Numbered from the stretch's first letter, positions 14,628 through 24,282 are shown. The stretch is DNA of 25,138 nt from an uncultured Lachnospiraceae bacterium (GCA_905236365.1 CAJOPP010000408.1:1-25138); one strand, 5' to 3'. Numbers and translations: made by a program. Notes: generated by a model from the sequence alone, not told the origin.

Positions 14628-15158
14628 CTATTCAACTCCATCCGAATCAATTTCATATACCTCATTGGCAGTATCTGTTTCATCTGTCTTTTCCGCCTTA
14701 TCCGATTCTCCAACATTATCGCTATTTGCAGTATTCACTAAATGTTCCAAATAATCAAGACTTACCACTGAATCAAGATATTCTGCCGGATAATATTCTT
14801 CATCAATATGAAAAAATGCTTTTCCTTCCTTTAAGGTGACATAATCTACCAATCCGCTCACCTGTCTGAGCTCACCTGCTACATCAGGTACATTCAAAAT
14901 CACATATTGTCCTGCCATGCTCATTGACTGATTTGTAGCAAATTCAGAACTTAAATTCTGTAACTCCTCTACCGTTGAAAATTGTGCCAACTGTGCCATA
15001 TATTCTGTATTACTAGTCGGCTCTAAAGGATCCTGATATTGCATCTGGGTAACTAAAAGTTTTAAAAAAGCATCTTTATCCAATGAACTTCCCGACTTTG
15101 AATTCTTTGCATCCACTGCATTATTCACCTGTGCAGTATCAATACTTATTCCTGCCAT
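14628..15158 (-). CDS. flgD: Hook capping protein FlgD
   Basis: SLDKDAFLKLLVTQMQYQDPLEPTSNTEYMAQLAQFSTVEELQNL signature; acidic C-terminal tail. Confidence 0.96.
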   Translation of the reverse strand: MAGISIDTAQVNNAVDAKNSKSGSSLDKDAFLKLLVTQMQYQDPLEPTSNTEYMAQLAQFSTVEELQNLSSEFATNQSMSMAGQYVILNVPDVAGELRQVSGLVDYVTLKEGKAFFHIDEEYYPAEYLDSVVSLDYLEHLVNTANSDNVGESDKAEKTDETDTANEVYEIDSDGVE

Positions 15159-15213
15159 TTTTCTCTAACCTCCTTCTTTAATAAGAACAAATTTTCACCA
15201 TAAGAATCATTTA

Positions 15214-16575
15214 TCAAGCAGTATAGCTTACACTGCTGCCAATCTGTCTCATTTTTTCTGCTTCAGCATCTTCCTCTTCAGCTTCTTCTTCTACTTCCGA
15301 TAACACAAGTTTGTGTTTTCCTTTTGATGGATTTTCCTGTTCAAACGACTTCTGTTCCTCATCTCCACTTTCAAACCCAGTTGTAGCAACCATAACTTCA
15401 ATTGCCTCTACCTTAAGATCTTGTTCCTCCATCACTTCCTTCAAGTTTGTAAGACCATCTTCGATCGCTTTTTTCACCGCTTCTGTTTCTGCAACAATTC
15501 TAGCCGTCATAATGCCATCTTTTGAAACTACATTAATTTGAATTTTTCCAAGATGTTCCGGATATAGCTGTAGTTCCAATGACGTTGTTGTACGATTCAT
15601 GTTGACACGAACCTGTTCAACAACCTGATTTAAAATGTCTGTTTCTCGAACTGATTGTTCTGAAATCGCAGTTGTATCTACTTGATCGATTGCATCCTGA
15701 ATCGACTGTAGAATTGGATTTGTAAATGTCCTTTTTCCAGCATTTTTTTGCCGTTCATCAGGTAGCTCTCCTTTTTGACCATCCGCATCATTAGAAGCTG
15801 TCTTGCTCTTAACATCCGTATTCTGAAATCCCATCTGTTCATTTATAATCACTTCAGGTTCTGCTTTCTGTTCAGAAAAATCCGTTTTGAAAGACTTTTC
15901 AGAAATATAGGCATCTGTTTTAGTCTCAGCAACATCTTCAAAAAAAGAAAGAATATCCTCTTCAGAGATAACATTCTGCAGATTTACTTCCTCTACACCA
16001 TTTTCTAATAAAACATTCTGAAATTCAGTTAGAAGATCTTGCAGCACAATATTCATATCTTCATTTACAATCAAATCTGAAACATCCGCTGATTGCATAT
16101 TCAGGAAAAAATCTTTAATGCCGTCAGTAGATAATAAATCGCTGAATTTCATTCCAAACTCTTCCATTTTTCCTTGTAATTCTTCTTCTGAAACTTGGAA
16201 CCGGAACGTAAATAACTGCAACAGACTGCTCAATATTTCAATCGCTTTCTTCTCCAGCTCTGTGGACACTTCTTCCGGTTGTTCATCAACAACATCTTCC
16301 TCTTTCTTCATCTGTTTCATAGTATTTTTTTTCATTCTGATTGCTTTTGCCTTATCATTTTTCTGTGTCACAGTATCCTCTGACGAACGATTCTTGTAAT
16401 CTGTCTTTCTCGAAATTTTTTTCTCAGAAAGAATATTATCAGTATTCTTCTGCGGGGTTGCAAGGAAACTTGCAAAATCAAGATCAGACGATTCTTTCGA
16501 ATTACTACTCGCCTTAGTTGCCTGATTTCCAACCTGTAAAAAATCAGCGGTATTTATATTTCCATTTACCTGCAT
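15214..16575 (-). CDS. fliK: Hook-length control protein FliK
   Basis: Long acidic, low-complexity N-terminal region and a C-terminal T3S4 domain (LELQLYPEHLGKIQINVVSKDGIMTARIVAE); immediately upstream of flgD. Confidence 0.92.
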   Translation of the reverse strand: MQVNGNINTADFLQVGNQATKASSNSKESSDLDFASFLATPQKNTDNILSEKKISRKTDYKNRSSEDTVTQKNDKAKAIRMKKNTMKQMKKEEDVVDEQPEEVSTELEKKAIEILSSLLQLFTFRFQVSEEELQGKMEEFGMKFSDLLSTDGIKDFFLNMQSADVSDLIVNEDMNIVLQDLLTEFQNVLLENGVEEVNLQNVISEEDILSFFEDVAETKTDAYISEKSFKTDFSEQKAEPEVIINEQMGFQNTDVKSKTASNDADGQKGELPDERQKNAGKRTFTNPILQSIQDAIDQVDTTAISEQSVRETDILNQVVEQVRVNMNRTTTSLELQLYPEHLGKIQINVVSKDGIMTARIVAETEAVKKAIEDGLTNLKEVMEEQDLKVEAIEVMVATTGFESGDEEQKSFEQENPSKGKHKLVLSEVEEEAEEEDAEAEKMRQIGSSVSYTA

Positions 16576-16605
16576 ACTCTACCTCCCTTCACGTAATAAT
16601 ATGGT

Positions 16606-17364
16606 TTAAGGCATCAGTTTCTTCGTAACATTTGCAGCAAAATCCGGATTCATCTGATCCATGATTTTTGCTCTGCTATCTGCTTTCATTGCCTTTAGTA
16701 TCGTTGCTACAGTATCCAGATCATTCTTCATTTTCTCCAATGCAGCTGCTGCCGCTGCAGGTTTCATATTTTCATATGTTTTTGCCAGATCCGACAATTC
16801 AGAATCAGAGGCTCTTGTTGAAACCAATTGTCTGTATATCGCCTCCGCATTCGCAGCATCAATACTTTCATACCACTCAATATATGTATCGGCATCCGGA
16901 GCATTTTCTCCATAGACTATTTCGTTATAAAATTTTTCTTTTTCTGCCTGAAATTGATTCTGATTCTCTTCAAACACCTTCAAACGTTCTACCTGCTTGG
17001 TTAAATCTTCATTTTCTTCTTTTAACGAATTATTATTTTTGGTCAAATCTTCTTTTTCTTTTTGGAGCTGTTCAATCATCTCCTTTGCCTGAGAAAGAGT
17101 TGCGATTTGATTTTCATCTGTACTTTCTTCCGCCTCCTTGGCTAGTTGCTCTTCCGAAGCTTCCGGTAAAATTTTGTTTAAAACCGGAACGTCTTTCAGA
17201 ATCGGTCGAAGCACTGTACTTCCGAATCCTCCCACATCAAATTTTATCAGTGCAATCAAAACTGCAAGCCATACAATTACTATCAATATCATAAAAAAAG
17301 CAGATAAAACCTTACTTCCAATATTTTCTTCGCTATTTTTTTCCTTCTTTTTCCCTTTTGCCAT
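16606..17364 (-). CDS. YlxF/MotE-like membrane-anchored coiled-coil flagellar protein with an MgtE-N-like C-terminal domain
   Basis: Basic N-terminus, one TM helix, coiled coil, then LAKTYENMKPAAAAAALEKM...VATILKAMKADSRAKIMDQMNPDFAA; lies between fliJ and fliK, as ylxF does in Bacillus. Confidence 0.75.
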   Translation of the reverse strand: MAKGKKKEKNSEENIGSKVLSAFFMILIVIVWLAVLIALIKFDVGGFGSTVLRPILKDVPVLNKILPEASEEQLAKEAEESTDENQIATLSQAKEMIEQLQKEKEDLTKNNNSLKEENEDLTKQVERLKVFEENQNQFQAEKEKFYNEIVYGENAPDADTYIEWYESIDAANAEAIYRQLVSTRASDSELSDLAKTYENMKPAAAAAALEKMKNDLDTVATILKAMKADSRAKIMDQMNPDFAANVTKKLMP

Positions 17365-17371
17365 AAGAACA

Positions 17372-17827
17372 TTATTCCTCCTCTGCCTCTTTATTATTAT
17401 ACTGATAACTGATCAGTTCATCAATTTCCTTAGCTTCTTCCTGATTTAACTCCTGCAAGAATATTTCAAACTGATTCTCTTTTAATTTTTCATGAACTTT
17501 CCTTTCCTGTATTGCTTCATTCATCAGACGAACAGCTTCTTCTAATTCTCGTTCAATCTCTCTGATCACATTCTGTTGGTTAGCGATATATTCATCCATC
17601 AAGATAATAGCCTCTTTACACTCTTCAATTTCCAAAATTGTAAGTCTGTCTGTTAACAGATTCCGGTAATCATCAAAATAAGCTTCCTTTCGCCCATTTA
17701 ACTGCTCCAAAACATCTTCCGCCTCATTCAGGCGGGAACGAATTTCCATATAGTGCTGTTTCGCCTGTTCTTCAAGCTTGTACTTAATATCTAATATATT
17801 CTGCATACGATAAACAAACTTCGCCAC
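17372..17827 (-). CDS. fliJ: Flagellar export chaperone/ATPase stalk FliJ
   Basis: Probable GTG start at 17827 (SD AAGGTGG) giving MAKFVYRMQNILDIKYKLEEQAK; coiled coil; ERKVHEKLKE...QEEAKEIDE. Confidence 0.92.
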   Translation of the reverse strand: MAKFVYRMQNILDIKYKLEEQAKQHYMEIRSRLNEAEDVLEQLNGRKEAYFDDYRNLLTDRLTILEIEECKEAIILMDEYIANQQNVIREIERELEEAVRLMNEAIQERKVHEKLKENQFEIFLQELNQEEAKEIDELISYQYNNKEAEEE

Positions 17828-17841
17828 AAACAAAACCACCT

Positions 17842-19170
17842 TTATTCAACAGTCTCATCATTAAATATATCCTCAAGCATTGCGACTTCATCTTCAAACT
17901 GATATTTACTGTCCACATCCTGCATTAAAAATTCATTCACTTTTTGAATCTTTGAAATTGCAAAATCAATATCCGGATTAGAGCCCGGCTTATAAGCTCC
18001 GATATTAATTAAATCTTCCGCCTCATTATAGGTAGCTAGTACCGTTTTCAGCTTACCGGCAACTTTTTTGTGTTCTTTCGTAGCAATTCCGCTCATGCAT
18101 CTGGAAATGCTCTGCAGCACATCAATTGCTGGATAATGATTCTTATTTCCCAATTTTCTGGAAAGAATGATATGACCGTCCAGAATGCCTCTTGCCGTAT
18201 CTGAAATCGGCTCGTTAAAATCATCACCATCTACCAAAACCGCATAAAGACCGGTAATAGAACCTCTTTCCGAGTTACCGGCTCTTTCCAGAACTTTTGG
18301 AAGTTCAGAATAAACAGATGGCGGATACCCTCTTGTAACCGGAGGTTCACCGGATGCCAGACCAATTTCTCTTTGTGCCATACAAAAACGAGTCATATTA
18401 TCCATCATCAAAAGAACATCTTTTCCCTGATCTCTAAAATATTCTGCAATTGCAGTTGCAGTCTTAGCAGCTTTATTGCGAATCAATGCAGGCTTATCAG
18501 AAGTAGCAATTACAACGACCGAACGTTTAAGCCCTTCTTCTCCCAAATCATGCTCAATAAACTCACGCACCTCTCTTCCGCGTTCTCCAATCAATGCAAT
18601 AACATTGACATCTGCTTTTGTATTTCTGGCAAACATCCCCATCAGTGTGGACTTTCCTACACCAGAACCCGCAAATATGCCAATACGTTGACCTTTTCCT
18701 ACGGTAATCATCCCATCCACCGCTTTTACACCCAGTGGAAGAACTTCAGAAATCATTTTACGTTTCAAAGCATCCGGAGGCGGTGCCTCTATTGGATAAG
18801 TATCCTTCAAAAACAATTCTTTTCCGTCTAACGGTCTTCCCAATCCATCCAATGCACGACCAAGTAATTCCACCCCTACAAAAACTTTCAGAGGCTCCTT
18901 AGTATTTTCAACCGTTGCACCCAGACCAATTCCTTCAACACTTTCAAAAGGCATTAGAAGAACCCGGTTATCGCGAAATCCAACAACCTCTGCCATAACC
19001 TCCTGGGTACCATCCTTAGAAAGAATTCTGCATAAATCATTCAATTTGCATGTAGGACCTACTGATTCAACAGTAAGTCCTACTATTTTTACTACTTTTC
19101 CCAACTCCTTCACATAAGAGCGAGGGATAATCGAAAAATACTTTTCGTAATCGATATTCAAATGCATCAC
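17842..19170 (-). CDS. fliI: Flagellar export ATPase FliI (true start may be TTG 19161)
   Basis: GQRIGIFAGSGVGKST Walker A, IGERGREVREF, LLMMDNMTRF Walker B, GEPPVTRGYPPS, LDGHIILSR. Confidence 0.98.
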   Translation of the reverse strand: MMHLNIDYEKYFSIIPRSYVKELGKVVKIVGLTVESVGPTCKLNDLCRILSKDGTQEVMAEVVGFRDNRVLLMPFESVEGIGLGATVENTKEPLKVFVGVELLGRALDGLGRPLDGKELFLKDTYPIEAPPPDALKRKMISEVLPLGVKAVDGMITVGKGQRIGIFAGSGVGKSTLMGMFARNTKADVNVIALIGERGREVREFIEHDLGEEGLKRSVVVIATSDKPALIRNKAAKTATAIAEYFRDQGKDVLLMMDNMTRFCMAQREIGLASGEPPVTRGYPPSVYSELPKVLERAGNSERGSITGLYAVLVDGDDFNEPISDTARGILDGHIILSRKLGNKNHYPAIDVLQSISRCMSGIATKEHKKVAGKLKTVLATYNEAEDLINIGAYKPGSNPDIDFAISKIQKVNEFLMQDVDSKYQFEDEVAMLEDIFNDETVE

Positions 19171-20088
19171 CTATTCTTTAACCATAAGTTTTAATGTTGT
19201 TATTAAATTCTCCAGTTGAATATCCAGACTGACATCAACTATTCCGTTATCCGTTTCAATCAAACATTGCAGCGGGGCAAGCTTTGCATCCTCAAATATC
19301 TCCAACTCAATATTCGGATTCAACGCTCCGTATATTTCATCTTTTCTTTCTGCTATCATTTCATAATCATCAGAAGAAACTCGTATTACAAAATGTTTGC
19401 TGTTATCCAAATCCTGCATTGCAGAATTCACCATATAAAGAAGTACATCTCTGTGCTCCTCTATTACAACACCTGTAATCTGAGGAATCAACAGACATAG
19501 AAAATCTACCATTTTTCGTTCTGTTTCTTTTAAAATTTCTACTTCTTTTTGCTGTAATGCATGTTCCTTATCTTGAACATATTCTTCAAATACCATTCTT
19601 TTCTCTTGCAGTTCTTCACTTGCAGCCCGGATTCCTTCTTCATATCCCTGCTGATATCCTTCTTCTGTTGCCTGTGCTTTTATCTGTTCCGCCTCATCAT
19701 AAGCTAAAGAACGCATCTGCTCCGCTTCGTCATGTGCATGATTGATAATCATTTCTGCTTCACTTTGGGCTGATTTTACAACTTCATCTGCAACTTGTTG
19801 AAGCTCACCGGATGAATTTTCTAAAACATTCGTAAGATCAGAAGTGTTCATTTTCAAGAGTTCATCCTCTGCAAAATCATCTCCATCCAATCCGGCATCT
19901 TTGATTAAAGCCTCTGCCAGCACCTCTTCCATTGTGCTTTCTGAATGAATAGCCGGCTCATCCCAATGCAATTCAGCCTCTTCTAACGCAGTATCGATTC
20001 CGGTAATTATTTTATTCTTATTGGCATCAATAACAAGTTTATCATCCTTCGAAAAAGCTACAAATCCCGATTTGATCAGATTAGACAA
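19171..20088 (-). CDS. fliH: Flagellar export ATPase regulator FliH
   Basis: Probable TTG start at 20088 (SD GGAGGTGA) giving MSNLIKS; EEGYQQGYEEG (AxxxG-type) repeats; C-terminal CLIETDNGIVDVSLDIQLENL. Confidence 0.9.
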   Translation of the reverse strand: MSNLIKSGFVAFSKDDKLVIDANKNKIITGIDTALEEAELHWDEPAIHSESTMEEVLAEALIKDAGLDGDDFAEDELLKMNTSDLTNVLENSSGELQQVADEVVKSAQSEAEMIINHAHDEAEQMRSLAYDEAEQIKAQATEEGYQQGYEEGIRAASEELQEKRMVFEEYVQDKEHALQQKEVEILKETERKMVDFLCLLIPQITGVVIEEHRDVLLYMVNSAMQDLDNSKHFVIRVSSDDYEMIAERKDEIYGALNPNIELEIFEDAKLAPLQCLIETDNGIVDVSLDIQLENLITTLKLMVKE

Positions 20089-21097
20089 TGATCTCATCAC
20101 CTCCACCACGAGAAATAACAATCTCGCCAGTATCCTCCAACCTTCGGATGATATTTACAATCTTCTGCTGAGCCTCTTCTACATCTTTTAATCTTACAGG
20201 TCCCATATATTCCATGTCTTCCTTGATCATAGCAGCAAGACGGGAAGATAGATTGTTGAAGATACAGTTTTGAACATCCTCGTTTGCATTTTTTAATGCA
20301 ATAGCAAGTTCACTATTATCCACTTCACGTAAAACTGTCTGAATTGCTCTGTTATCCAGACTAAGAATATCCTCAAATACGAACATCTTACGCCGAATCT
20401 CATCCGCAAGTTCCGGTTCTTCAATCTCCAACGTTTCCATAATATGTTTCTCTGTACTCCGATCAACTGTATTCAAAATGGATACAATCGAATCAACACC
20501 ACCAACAATTGTGTAATCCTGATTAACAAGAGAGGATAGTTTCTTTTCCAAAATCTTTTCTACCTCCTTAATCACATCAGGACTAGTACGATCCATCAGT
20601 GCAATACGTTTTGCAACATCCGCCTGTTTCTCTGGCGGAAGTGCACCAATAACTGCTGCAGCCTGGCTAGAAGACAAATATGCCAGAATCAGTGCAATAG
20701 TCTGTGGATGCTCGTCCTGTATAAAGTTAAGTAACTGAGACGGATCCGCCTTTCGTACAAATTCAAACGGACGTACCTGTAAGGAAGCTGTAAGCCTTCC
20801 TATAACATCCTTCGCCTTATCCTCACCCAGTGCTTTATCAAGCAATTCTTTCGCATATCCAATACCACCTTCTGCAATATACTGCTGGGCAAGACACACT
20901 TCGTAGAATTCTTCCAATACCTGTTCCTTCAAATCCGGAGGTACACTTCTTGTATTTGCAATTTCCAACGTCAATGTTTCAATTTCATCTTCTTTTAAAT
21001 GTTTAAACACGTTAGCTGATTTCTCCGGTCCTAAGGAAATCAAAAGAATTGCAGCCTTTTGTATCCCTGATATTTCATCATAGTCATGACCTGCCAT
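20081..21097 (-). CDS. fliG: Rotor/C-ring protein FliG
   Basis: Start moved to ATG 21097 (SD GGAGGGG); GIQKAAILLISLG, EHPQTIALIL, MFVFEDI, EDMEYMGPVRLKDVEEAQ. Confidence 0.98.
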   Translation of the reverse strand: MAGHDYDEISGIQKAAILLISLGPEKSANVFKHLKEDEIETLTLEIANTRSVPPDLKEQVLEEFYEVCLAQQYIAEGGIGYAKELLDKALGEDKAKDVIGRLTASLQVRPFEFVRKADPSQLLNFIQDEHPQTIALILAYLSSSQAAAVIGALPPEKQADVAKRIALMDRTSPDVIKEVEKILEKKLSSLVNQDYTIVGGVDSIVSILNTVDRSTEKHIMETLEIEEPELADEIRRKMFVFEDILSLDNRAIQTVLREVDNSELAIALKNANEDVQNCIFNNLSSRLAAMIKEDMEYMGPVRLKDVEEAQQKIVNIIRRLEDTGEIVISRGGGDEIIV

Positions 21098-21121
21098 AAC
21101 TTTCCCCTCCAAAACAATCAA

Positions 21122-22738
21122 TTAATCCCAATCATCCTCCAGCCAATTTCGTAATAAAAGTGCCACAGATTCTGGATTTTCTTCCACAAAACGTTCAATC
21201 TGCTGTCTGGTTGCAGATTTATCACTAAATTCAATATCTTCCAAGGATTGATTCTCTTTTGTTGTCGCAAGCAAGGCTTCTACCGATAACTCCGGTTCCA
21301 ACTCTGTCACCTCCACCGGTTTCATTCCCTTAAATACTACAAAGAACAAAAGTACAACTATCAAAATCGCCAACAGAAATTGAAGATAATTCGTCAGTGT
21401 ATTCAGTGCATTGGTTTCACTCGGATAGAAAAGAGGAACCTCGAACGCCTGAATTTGAATATTCTCTGCACGAATTCCCGTTGCCTTTTCAACCAATGCA
21501 TAAGTCTCTTCATCAACTTCTATCGGATTTCTCGCACTATTTTCTTCCTGAAAGGTATCAAAATCCGTACCACGCAGTTGTCCGGCTTTTTTCATCTTTG
21601 CTTCATCATATATAACATAGCGGCTCAACATAACAGCAATCGAAGAATTCTGTGCATTAACAGTACCAATTGCCTTTCGCGTTGTCGTAGTCGTAACACT
21701 ATCATTATATTCTTCTCTTATCACATTCGCATTACTGTTGTTCGACGTACTACTTTGAATCTCATAATCATTCACTGTACCGTCATTGGTATCTGTTCCC
21801 GGTATACCTGAAACCCCATCTGCATTTTCTGCATTATAATAATAATAACTCGTTTTAGGACCGGTATCTTCTTCATTATCGTCTGTATAGTGATGAATAT
21901 CTTCAACAGATTCATCATCCAAATGCACATCCAGATTTGCTGCCACTTCCGCATCATTATACACGCCCGAATTAATCAACAGACTGCGTACCCTGTCTTC
22001 CAAACTGTTCGTAACTTGATCCGTGATTTTAACAACCTGTGAGGCATTACCGTTCATCGTAGAGGTATCCTCTTCCCCGCCATATAGCAACTTACCAGTC
22101 TGATCAATAATCCGGATCTTGCTTGTATCCGAATTGCCTAACGAAGTTGCCACAAAATTAGCAATCCCTTCTACACTGTCATCTTGAAAATCTCGTGTCG
22201 TTACCAGCATCACACTGGCCGAAGCTTCTTTTGTATCTGCCAGCAAAGAATTTGTTGTTTCCGGAAGGGTAATCTGTACCGATGCCTGTTTTACACCTTC
22301 CACCTTTTGAATAATATTGCCAAGCTGAACCTGTTCATAAATTTTTTCTTTCAGTTGTCTTTCACGATCAGTTGTAGACATACCTGTATCAAATAAGTTC
22401 TGCTCACTGTCATCTTTATTCGTAGCAATATTATTCTCTCCTAAAGCTAATCTTGCATCTGATTCTTTTTTCTCATCAACCGAAAACGTAAGTCCGTTTC
22501 CGGAAATCGATGGCTGAATACCTGCTGCTGTCAGAATTTCCCGTGCCGCTGCTGCATCCGTCGTATTATCAAACGTAACGAGTTCAACATATCTTGTACG
22601 ATTCAATAACACAATCAGTGCAACCAAGGTAAATATTACTGCCGCCGAGATAGAAATAATCATCGTCTTTTGTTTACTTGTAAATCGATTCCAAAATTCT
22701 ACGAATCTGGTTTGAATTGATTTTAGTCTATCTAACAT
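21122..22738 (-). CDS. fliF: MS-ring protein FliF
   Basis: N-terminal TM, ring-building motifs (IQKVEGVKQASVQITLPE, ASASVML), C-terminal TM and FVEENPESVALLLRNWL; lies between fliE and fliG. Confidence 0.94.
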   Translation of the reverse strand: MLDRLKSIQTRFVEFWNRFTSKQKTMIISISAAVIFTLVALIVLLNRTRYVELVTFDNTTDAAAAREILTAAGIQPSISGNGLTFSVDEKKESDARLALGENNIATNKDDSEQNLFDTGMSTTDRERQLKEKIYEQVQLGNIIQKVEGVKQASVQITLPETTNSLLADTKEASASVMLVTTRDFQDDSVEGIANFVATSLGNSDTSKIRIIDQTGKLLYGGEEDTSTMNGNASQVVKITDQVTNSLEDRVRSLLINSGVYNDAEVAANLDVHLDDESVEDIHHYTDDNEEDTGPKTSYYYYNAENADGVSGIPGTDTNDGTVNDYEIQSSTSNNSNANVIREEYNDSVTTTTTRKAIGTVNAQNSSIAVMLSRYVIYDEAKMKKAGQLRGTDFDTFQEENSARNPIEVDEETYALVEKATGIRAENIQIQAFEVPLFYPSETNALNTLTNYLQFLLAILIVVLLFFVVFKGMKPVEVTELEPELSVEALLATTKENQSLEDIEFSDKSATRQQIERFVEENPESVALLLRNWLEDDWD

Positions 22739-22821
22739 ACTACTATACTACTCCCCGCCGGATTTGAAAGTTCCGTTTATCTTACACGCTATTCATTCTC
22801 TCTAAAAATAACTTCCAAGCT

Positions 22822-23136
22822 TTATAATTGCATATTAAGCAATTCCTTGTACGCCTCTAAGGCTTTGTTCGTAACTTTTACAGTATACTGTAATGCAATA
22901 TTGGCCTTTTGCTGTGCAATTGCAAGATCATGTGTACTTGTAGCATAGCCCAAAGCAAAATTGATTTCTGAGGTCTCAGCTGCTTTCTGTAATTGATCCG
23001 TTTCCTGATACATACGAAGTGCAGAACCAAGCAGATTATCAAACGATACCTCATTATCAGACTCTACCTTTGATAAATTCAAATTATTAATCAATGCCTG
23101 TCCGGCATCCACACTATCCACTGCTGAAATTGCCAT
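22822..23136 (-). CDS. fliE: Hook-basal body protein FliE
   Basis: SFDNLL...HDLAIAQQKANIALQYTVKVTNKALEAYKELLNMQL C-terminal signature. Confidence 0.95.
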   Translation of the reverse strand: MAISAVDSVDAGQALINNLNLSKVESDNEVSFDNLLGSALRMYQETDQLQKAAETSEINFALGYATSTHDLAIAQQKANIALQYTVKVTNKALEAYKELLNMQL

Positions 23137-23166
23137 TTATAACCACCCATCCATTCTTCTTATATT

Positions 23167-23607
23167 TTAGCTAAATAATTCTAATCCCTTTGCTGCCATA
23201 GCCTTTGCTGCATTGAACGCCGTTGCATTTGCCTCAAAAGATCTGCTCGCATCAATCAGATTCGTCATCTCCGTAACCGTATTCACATTTGGAAGATGAA
23301 CATATCCATTCTCATCAGCATCCGGATGCGATGGATCATATGCCATTGGTCCTTCTGTTGTATCCTCAACAATTGATGCAATCTTTACGCCTTTTGCATG
23401 ATATGTTTCTAAACGGTTGCTCAAAATATGTTCAAAAGACTGGTTTGCATTTTCCTGGAACAAAACCGTCTGCCTTTTATAAACCTCTCCCTTTTCATCT
23501 CTTGTGGTATTCACATTTGCAATATTTTGGGCAATAATATCCATTCTGGTACGTTGTGCTGTCATGCCAGATGCCGCAACATCCATTGTATTAAAAATTC
23601 CACTCAT
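23167..23607 (-). CDS. flgC: Proximal rod protein FlgC
   Basis: ASGMTAQRTRMDIIAQNIANVNTT, YDPSHPDADENGYVHLPNVN, ASRSFEANA. Confidence 0.98.
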   Translation of the reverse strand: MSGIFNTMDVAASGMTAQRTRMDIIAQNIANVNTTRDEKGEVYKRQTVLFQENANQSFEHILSNRLETYHAKGVKIASIVEDTTEGPMAYDPSHPDADENGYVHLPNVNTVTEMTNLIDASRSFEANATAFNAAKAMAAKGLELFS

Positions 23608-23734
23608 ACCTTATCCCTCCTGTTTCAGCTTCAATCTCCTGCTACTAATAACAACACAAGAAAATTGTTTTTTAAATTCTCGCTGTGATTCCATAAAGAT
23701 CTTGTCAAATCTCCATATGACCTTTCACAAAAGA

Positions 23735-24124
23735 TTACGATAATACCGTCTTATATCTGGAAAATTCCTGACCAATTTGTTCTATTAAGGTATTATACCT
23801 GATCTGATTTTCTGCCAACATTGCATTCTCTGTATCAATATCTACATTATTACCATCCAAACGATAATCCAGAGTTGAAGAATCTGTATACACCAATCCT
23901 CCAAAATCCGACAAATGTGTATTAACCTCTGCAATCCGTTCATCTAAAGGACGATCACTGAGTAATGCCTGTTCCAAATATCGTTCAAAGGAAACATCTT
24001 TTCTTTTGTAATTAGGAGTATCATTATTTGCGATATTGTTAGTAAGGATTTCTTCTCTTCTATTCGCTGCATCAGCTGCTTTATCCAATACATTGATATA
24101 ATTATAAATATTAGTGTTGATCAT
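23735..24124 (-). CDS. flgB: Proximal rod protein FlgB
   Basis: REEILTNNIANNDTPNYKRKDVSF and RLDGNNVDIDTE; SD AAGGAGG upstream. Confidence 0.97.
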   Translation of the reverse strand: MINTNIYNYINVLDKAADAANRREEILTNNIANNDTPNYKRKDVSFERYLEQALLSDRPLDERIAEVNTHLSDFGGLVYTDSSTLDYRLDGNNVDIDTENAMLAENQIRYNTLIEQIGQEFSRYKTVLS

Positions 24125-24282
24125 GCATTCTCCTCCTTTTTGAAAAATCCCTTTCTATATCCCATATTTATTAAATTTCTATTTGACTTTCACTCCTCCG
24201 AATTTTGTTAAACGATTCATTTTCCAAAACCTTCGAGATTGTAATCGCCTGATTATTGTCATATTTTGTATGCAACAATAGC

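Noticed and set aside
16826-16893. Sigma-D-like -10 boxes inside the ylxF-like gene (GCCGATAC, GGCGATAT on the minus strand)
   Set aside because: Neither has TAAA at the 15-16 nt spacing.
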